From: Thermoproteota archaeon
GTDB lineage: Archaea > Korarchaeota > Korarchaeia > Korarchaeales > Korarchaeaceae
Assembly (NCBI GenBank): GCA_037917625.1
Contig: JAVCBY010000116.1
Location: 1 to 30,284, forward strand
DNA: 30,284 nucleotides
Direction of reading: 5' to 3'
Both the position numbers and the translations under genes were made by a program. The first letter of the stretch is position 1; each line of letters starts with the position of its first letter. Shown piece by piece: positions 24,693 through 30,284 of the stretch. A model generated the notes under the pieces. It saw only the letters and a program-made list of their open reading frames with translations. It was not told the origin of the DNA and made no database searches.

Positions 24693-25841
24693 GTGACCAT
24701 ACCTATAGTGAGGGATCCCAAGCTCTTCTCTGATTCATATACCCCTAGCAGGCTACCTCATAGGGAAAAGGAAGTAGAGACCCTCTATAATGCCCTATCA
24801 TCCGGATATGAGCTTAATGAGGGTCTTGTTCTGCTGAAAGGGGAGCCTGGAGTTGGTAAGACATCAGTAGCAAGGTTATCAGCTAGTAAGCTCTCAAATC
24901 TGGGTATTGAAACAGTACATATAAATTGCAGGACTTATCGCTCTCCTTCCTCCGCTCTTCAGAAGATAATAGCTTCTATAATCCCTGGAGTCCCTGAGAG
25001 AGGGCTTAGCTATGAGGAGATGGTCCTGATGCTGGAGAAGATCATGGGGAAGGAAGGGAAGCCTCTCCTCATAATTCTGGATGAGATAGAGTACTTAAGG
25101 GAGGGGGAGACCCTAGTATACACCCTTTTGAGGCTCCATGAGGGGGGAGCGACTAAGAGCCCGACTTTAGTTGCTGTAGCGAGATGGGATCCCCCATACA
25201 CATTGGACGATTCCATAAAGAGCTTCATGATACTCAAGCTCACCTTAGAGAAGTATAGCGCTTCACAACTGAGGGACATCTTAGCTTTTAGGGCTTCTGA
25301 AGCGTTATACGATGGAAGCTATGACTCCGATGTCATAGAGAAGGTAGTTGACCTCTCTAAACACACTGGAAACGCTAGAATCGCTCTAAAGATGCTATTC
25401 TCCGCTGCGAGGCTCGCGGAGGAGAGAGGGTTGAGCTTGATAACCCCAGATTTAGTTAGTGAAGCTGCAGCGAGGATAGGGGTGGTCGGGATAACTGAGG
25501 ATTCCTTGATGCCATTAGATACTCACGATAAACTACTGCTCTTAGCCGCAGCCAAAAGGTTGGCGATGACCAGCAGGGGATGGATAAAGATGGGGGACCT
25601 CTTGGAGGAATATAAGCTCATATGCGAGGAACTGGGCATAATCCCCTATAAGTATACGGCAGTATGGAAGAGAGTGAGGGATCTGAAGAACATGGGATTC
25701 GTGGAGACGAAGCGGAGCGGTGAGGGGATGAAGGGGCAATCTACTCTAATTTCACTGGGCTCCATTCCAGCTGAAAGGCTAGCGGAGAAGCTCAAGGAGA
25801 TATTGAGGGAGGACCTAAGTCCCCTTCCCTCCAGCTTCTAA
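24693..25841 (+). CDS. cdc6: Orc1/Cdc6 replication initiator
   Basis: YTPSRLPHRE, GEPGVGKT, HINC, IILDEIE, YSASQLRDILAFRA, GNARIAL, C-terminal wHTH. Confidence 0.93.
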   Translation: MTIPIVRDPKLFSDSYTPSRLPHREKEVETLYNALSSGYELNEGLVLLKGEPGVGKTSVARLSASKLSNLGIETVHINCRTYRSPSSALQKIIASIIPGVPERGLSYEEMVLMLEKIMGKEGKPLLIILDEIEYLREGETLVYTLLRLHEGGATKSPTLVAVARWDPPYTLDDSIKSFMILKLTLEKYSASQLRDILAFRASEALYDGSYDSDVIEKVVDLSKHTGNARIALKMLFSAARLAEERGLSLITPDLVSEAAARIGVVGITEDSLMPLDTHDKLLLLAAAKRLAMTSRGWIKMGDLLEEYKLICEELGIIPYKYTAVWKRVRDLKNMGFVETKRSGEGMKGQSTLISLGSIPAERLAEKLKEILREDLSPLPSSF

Positions 25842-27068
25842 CTTATATATCTCCTCGATATCTGAGAGTATTTCCCTCATATCGCTCTCCCTAATCCCCA
25901 GTTCCCTCCCCAGCTGCCTTAAGATCTTCCCCCCTGCTTTAGCATCAGCTATGAGGAGAGGTATTAACTCCATCCTGGCGACAGCTGTGGATACGTGAGT
26001 TTTCTTAGCTATCTTCTCCAGGAATTCTTTCGTCTTAGATCTCATCTCCTTCGTCGCTGAGAGTTGCTTTATCAGGGATGGGGGTCTGAGCTTTTCGCCT
26101 TCCGGCCTCCCCTCCTTTACTGCGCACACGCCGAAGGTCATCAGTTGAGTGTAGTAAGCTAAGAACCTCCAGTTGTTAGTCCTTATTATCCTCCCCCTCA
26201 TCAGGTCCGCGAGCGAGAGCATCTCGTAGGCCCTAGATAATGATCTACCGCTGTAAACGTGAGCTACGTTCTCCTCGATCCACCTGAAGAGCATATCTGG
26301 ATCCATATCTAGATTGAGGGAGGAGAGGTAAGCTGGGTAGCAATTCTCACCGTAGAATATGGAGCTGAGGACCTTGAAGACATCCGTCTCTATATCCCTC
26401 TTCCCATACTTCTCGCCGATATGTTTGAGGAGCTCAGTAGAACCTTTAACGAGCCCCTCAAGATCATTTATAGCAGCTCTAAGATCCCCTTGACAGGATT
26501 TAGCTATCTTATTTAGGACTTCTTCTGGAACGTTCAGCCCCTCCTTCCTGCATATCTCCTTCAGGACGCTAACTACACTCTGCCATCTTATCCTGGAGAA
26601 CTTCACCATAATCGAGAGGTTCCTTATCTCATGTAGGTGCCTCTCATAAGGATCGTTTGCCGTCATTACGATGGGGACGTTCCCCTTAGATATGAGCTCT
26701 TTGACCAAGGAAGCTATCGCGTGTCCCTCCCCAGGGAGGACATCTATCTCATCCAAGATTATGAGCCTCCTCTTGCCACTCAACAAGCTTACAGCACTAG
26801 AGCTCTCAACTATATATTGTAAGTGAGCTCTATCCCTCAGATCGCTCGCATTCACCTCTATAGCATCGTAATTGAGCTCATTTGCGATAGCGTGAGCTGC
26901 TGATGTCTTTCCAGTCCCAGGAGGTCCCACTATTAAGAGGGGCTTTACTCTCTTCCCCTCTCTCAAATCCTTTATCCAATTCCTTATCTCATCTATAGCT
27001 TCCTTCTGCCCCTTTATCTCATCTAGAGTCCTCGGCCTATGTTTCTCTACCCACGGCACCTCTCTCAT
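25815..27068 (-). CDS. rfcL: Replication factor C large subunit
   Basis: PWVEKHRP, GPPGTGKT, EVNASD, ILDEID, GDLRAAINDL, WIEEN. ATG 27068 follows a GGTGA SD. Confidence 0.95.
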   Translation of the reverse strand: MREVPWVEKHRPRTLDEIKGQKEAIDEIRNWIKDLREGKRVKPLLIVGPPGTGKTSAAHAIANELNYDAIEVNASDLRDRAHLQYIVESSSAVSLLSGKRRLIILDEIDVLPGEGHAIASLVKELISKGNVPIVMTANDPYERHLHEIRNLSIMVKFSRIRWQSVVSVLKEICRKEGLNVPEEVLNKIAKSCQGDLRAAINDLEGLVKGSTELLKHIGEKYGKRDIETDVFKVLSSIFYGENCYPAYLSSLNLDMDPDMLFRWIEENVAHVYSGRSLSRAYEMLSLADLMRGRIIRTNNWRFLAYYTQLMTFGVCAVKEGRPEGEKLRPPSLIKQLSATKEMRSKTKEFLEKIAKKTHVSTAVARMELIPLLIADAKAGGKILRQLGRELGIRESDMREILSDIEEIYKLEAGGKGT

Positions 27069-28032
27069 GGGATTCACCGACCTCCACTAGTTTAGCGAGC
27101 ATCGCAGCTAGCTGAACATCTCCGTGAGCTCCCTCGGTGACCCTGAAGTCAACATCACTCAGGAATATCATGAGCATTGCCTTCTCCCTATCTGATAGGG
27201 ATTTGCTCGCCATTATCTCCCTATTGAGCTGCCTTATGACGTCCTGCGCCGACATCCCATAGTTTATCATCAAGTTCCTTAGGGCCTCCCTAGCGGATAG
27301 GAACTTCCCCTTGAGGGCTGAGTTTATCATCGCCCTGACTTCCTCTGGATGCGCCAAGCCTGCCACTCTGTAAACGACCTTAGAGTCCACTGTGCTCGCC
27401 ATAGCTGATGCTGTCTGAAGCAAGTTTATCGCCTTCCTCAAGTCCCCTTCCGCAACGTATATTATAGCTGATATCCCATCCTCTGTGTACTTCAGTCCCT
27501 CCCTCTCAGCTATCATGATCAGCCTGTTCTTCACGGCTTCCTCAGGTATCGGTCCGAATCTGAAGACAGCGCATCTCGACTGTATCGGTTCTATTATCTT
27601 CGAGGAATAATTGCAAGCGAATATGAATCTTGTGGTAACTGAGTACATCTCCATTATCCTCCTCAGGGCCTGCTGAGCGTCTGCTGTTAAGTTATCAGCT
27701 TCATCTAAGTGTATTATCTTGAATGGAACTTCTCCAAAAGGAGCTGTCTTAGCGAAATCCTTTATCTTAGTCCTTATCGTATCTATACCTCTCTCATCAC
27801 TCGCATTGAGCTCCAGATAGTTAGCGGCTACGAGCTCCTCGGATTTATAGAGATCGTTAGCTAGCGCTAATGCAGTTGTAGTCTTTCCAGTACCAGCTGG
27901 ACCAGCGAAGAGTAGATGAGGCATCGATCTCTTCTCAACAAATCCCTTAAGGGCTCTTATAACATCATCTTGCCCAACGACATCATCCAATGTTTTCGGC
28001 CTGTACTTCTCCACCCACAGCTCGAAGGTCAT
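27037..28032 (-). CDS. rfcS: Replication factor C small subunit (no intein)
   Basis: WVEKYRP, GPAGTGKTT, ELNASDERG, LDEAD, AQQALRR, IQSRC. Confidence 0.97.
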   Translation of the reverse strand: MTFELWVEKYRPKTLDDVVGQDDVIRALKGFVEKRSMPHLLFAGPAGTGKTTTALALANDLYKSEELVAANYLELNASDERGIDTIRTKIKDFAKTAPFGEVPFKIIHLDEADNLTADAQQALRRIMEMYSVTTRFIFACNYSSKIIEPIQSRCAVFRFGPIPEEAVKNRLIMIAEREGLKYTEDGISAIIYVAEGDLRKAINLLQTASAMASTVDSKVVYRVAGLAHPEEVRAMINSALKGKFLSAREALRNLMINYGMSAQDVIRQLNREIMASKSLSDREKAMLMIFLSDVDFRVTEGAHGDVQLAAMLAKLVEVGESHERGAVGRET

Positions 28033-28089
28033 GGTCCCCTCATGATCGATGCATGATAATTTAATAACTCAGTCGGGCCCAAGCGCTCG

Positions 28090-28299
28090 GTGGTTATGTT
28101 CCCGATAAGATGTTTCACATGCGGCAGCGTGATAGGGGACAAGTGGGAGGAGTTCTCCCGTAGGGTTATGGCTGGGGAGGATCCAGGAGAGGTGCTCGAT
28201 TCCATGAATATAAAGAGGTATTGCTGTAGGAGGATGTTCCTCTCCCATATAGAGCTATCAGATTTGGAGCTCTCCTTCTCGCCCCTGATGGAGAGGTGA
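28090..28299 (+). CDS. rpo10: RNA polymerase subunit Rpo10 (N)
   Basis: PIRCFTCG...RYCCRRM. Confidence 0.97.
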   Translation: MVMFPIRCFTCGSVIGDKWEEFSRRVMAGEDPGEVLDSMNIKRYCCRRMFLSHIELSDLELSFSPLMER

Positions 28300-28303
28300 T
28301 CCC

Positions 28304-28957
28304 ATGGGATATGATGATACTAGCTTAGCCAACGTCCCTCCAGTTGAGGACAAGGATCTCCTAATACCTAAGCAGAAGTATCTCCTCTCAGGAGTGCACG
28401 TCGGGACTGGGATAAGGACTAAGGACATGGAGAAGTTCATATATAGGGTCAGGCCCGACGGCCTCTGCATAATAGACATAAGGAAGATAGATGAGAGGAT
28501 AAGGACAGCTGGCAAGTTCTTAGCGAGATTCGAGCCAAATAGAGTTCTAGCAGTTTCAGCTAGGATATACGGGTTTAAGCCCGTCAGGAAGTTCGCTGAG
28601 TACACTGGTGCGATGTACATAACTGGGAGGATACTTCCAGGTACCTTGACGAACCCTCAAGCCCCTCTCCACCTCGAGCCTGATGTAGTGCTCCTCTCCG
28701 ATCCGAGAGTAGACAGGCAGATACACATAGAGTCCGTTAGGATGGGCATCCCCGTCGTAGCTCTAGTAGATGCTGATAACATGCTCGAGAACATAGACTT
28801 AGCTATCCCAGTTAACAATAAGGGGAGGAGATCTCTAGCTCTCGTCTACTGGCTCCTGACGAGGGAAGTCCTCAGGAACAGGAAGGTGATACCGCCCGAT
28901 GGCGACCTTCCTGAGGGATATGAGGAATTCGCTACTAGGATAATGGGAGTAAGATGA
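28304..28957 (+). CDS. rps2: 30S ribosomal protein uS2
   Basis: [36 protein letters not shown]. Confidence 0.97.
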   Translation: MGYDDTSLANVPPVEDKDLLIPKQKYLLSGVHVGTGIRTKDMEKFIYRVRPDGLCIIDIRKIDERIRTAGKFLARFEPNRVLAVSARIYGFKPVRKFAEYTGAMYITGRILPGTLTNPQAPLHLEPDVVLLSDPRVDRQIHIESVRMGIPVVALVDADNMLENIDLAIPVNNKGRRSLALVYWLLTREVLRNRKVIPPDGDLPEGYEEFATRIMGVR

Positions 28958-29811
28958 AGTTGGGGTTGAGGAAGCCTGCTGTAGCTGGCTCCTTTTATCC
29001 ATCGAGGAGCGATGATCTCCTCAAGCTCCTCGATTCCCTCTTCAGGGGAGCGGGATCCGAGGGGATACCATCACCTAACCCAGCTGGGGAGAGGAGAATA
29101 GCAAGCATGATGGTCCCTCACGCTGGCTACATTTACTCTGGAAAGACTGCAGCTTCAGCATATTCGATATTAGCTCAAGATGGCATCCCAGAGACTTTCG
29201 TCATAATAGGACCTAATCACACGGGACTGGGATCTGCTTTCTCAGTTACTAAATCCAAGTTCTGGGAGACGCCCCTGGGGAGGGTGGAAGTCGATCTCGA
29301 ATTAGCTGAAGCTATCTCAGACTACTTCGGGGATCTGGATTTCGATGATCTAGCTCATACATGGGAGCACTCAGTGGAAGTTCAAGTGCCATTCCTCCAA
29401 TCAATATACGGAGCATCCCTCAAGATACTACCGATAGCGATGGCGATACAGGAACCCGAGCCCTCGATAGATCTAGGCAAGTCCATAGCGCTAGCCTCAG
29501 AGAAGTTGGGGAGGGACGTCTTAGTAATAGCTTCCTCAGATATGTCCCACTACCTTCCTGAGGGTGAGGCGATTAGGAGGGATAGAGCTGCCATAGATGC
29601 GATCCTTAACATGGATGTCCACTCCCTCTTCAGGATAATTCGAGAGTTAGATGTGAGTATGTGCGGGCCTGGCCCAGTTTCAGTAGCTATATCGTTCGCG
29701 AAGCTCAAGGGTGTCTCTAAGGGCGAATTAGTGAGATATTCCACGAGCGCTGAGACTAGTGGCGATAAGTCCTTCGTAGTAGGCTACGCCTCCGTGGTGT
29801 GCAAGTTATGA
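28954..29811 (+). CDS. MEMO1-family protein (AmmeMemoRadiSam protein B)
   Basis: [56 protein letters not shown]. Confidence 0.95.
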   Translation: MKLGLRKPAVAGSFYPSRSDDLLKLLDSLFRGAGSEGIPSPNPAGERRIASMMVPHAGYIYSGKTAASAYSILAQDGIPETFVIIGPNHTGLGSAFSVTKSKFWETPLGRVEVDLELAEAISDYFGDLDFDDLAHTWEHSVEVQVPFLQSIYGASLKILPIAMAIQEPEPSIDLGKSIALASEKLGRDVLVIASSDMSHYLPEGEAIRRDRAAIDAILNMDVHSLFRIIRELDVSMCGPGPVSVAISFAKLKGVSKGELVRYSTSAETSGDKSFVVGYASVVCKL

Positions 29812-30281
29812 GAGAGGATCTGACTAACAGGAGGAAGGTAGAGCACATAGAGATAGCTTTGAGCGATGATATAGATCTGAGTGATAGCTGCAGATGGTTC
29901 GATTTCGTGAAGTTAATACATAATGCACTACCCGATTCCTCTTTTGAGGAGACTAACCTCAACTGGAGCTTCTTGGGTTATGAGCTCGAGGCTCCCCTAT
30001 TGATAGAGGGGATGACTGGCGGGCATGAGGCATCCCTTAAGATAAATGAAGCATTAGCTAGAGCTGCTCAATCTGAGAGAGTAGCTATAGGGGTTGGAAG
30101 TCAGAGGGCAGCTTTGAAGGATTATTCCGTAGTCAAGACTTATAAAATAGTGAGGGAAATAGCTCGCGACGTTCCGGTAATCGCTAACTTGGGTATCTCC
30201 CACATCCTAGGGGATGAGGGCGTAGATAATGCTAAAGCTGCTGTCGATATGATAGATGCTGATGCCATAGCTATAGAATAG
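29808..30281 (+). CDS. fni: Type 2 isopentenyl-diphosphate isomerase, N-terminal half only (stop 3 nt before window end)
   Basis: RKVEHI, HNALP, GMTGG, GVGSQR, IANLG, ADAIAI. ATGA overlap with the MEMO1 stop. Confidence 0.9.
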   Translation: MREDLTNRRKVEHIEIALSDDIDLSDSCRWFDFVKLIHNALPDSSFEETNLNWSFLGYELEAPLLIEGMTGGHEASLKINEALARAAQSERVAIGVGSQRAALKDYSVVKTYKIVREIARDVPVIANLGISHILGDEGVDNAKAAVDMIDADAIAIE

Positions 30282-30284
30282 GGA

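Noticed and set aside
25815-28032. Inteins in RFC subunits
   Set aside because: Lengths are normal and the Walker A regions are uninterrupted.
508-29962. Numerous short overlapping ORFs (e.g. 992-1222, 1760-2140, 5384-5773, 8350-8949, 11464-11901, 15106-15447, 20512-20919, 28258-28620)
   Set aside because: They lie antisense to or out of frame within well-supported genes and have Ser/Leu/Pro-rich shadow composition with no motifs.
1-30284. CRISPR array, IS elements, rRNA genes
   Set aside because: No periodic repeats, transposase motifs, terminal inverted repeats or long rRNA-like stretches were found by eye.

Overview
Gene-dense archaeal chromosomal segment. Korarchaeota (Ca. Korarchaeum-like) origin is my inference from Rpo8, heavy AGG/ATA codon use, GGTGA Shine-Dalgarno sites and leaderless TATA promoters. 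It carries mostly core genes: Cys/Met PLP enzyme, LutA/B/C-like set, JAMM protease, glyA, thrC, thrB, W-cofactor radical SAM maturase, HTH-riboflavin kinase, translin, taw1, pyrH, AK6-type kinase, PRC-barrel protein, rpo8, cdc6, rfcL/rfcS, rpo10, rps2, MEMO1 and fni. It also has three tRNAs (Val-CAC, Glu-TTC, Val-GAC). Items missed by the ORF track: a partial HD-domain gene at the left edge, a 43-aa coiled-coil ORF (19911-20042), and a box C/D guide RNA (21721-21781, minus) whose D guide fits C34 of tRNA-Leu(CAA). The best candidate for an undescribed system is a coupled three-gene operon: a TFB core without the Zn ribbon, the micro coiled-coil protein, and a membrane-anchored HerA/VirB4 (CedB-like) ATPase. 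Other oddities are an ACG at the thrB start position, an RDD-SpoIIM fusion, and fni truncated at the right edge. No CRISPR array, transposase, integrase or intein was seen. All family calls are by motif recognition, not database search.
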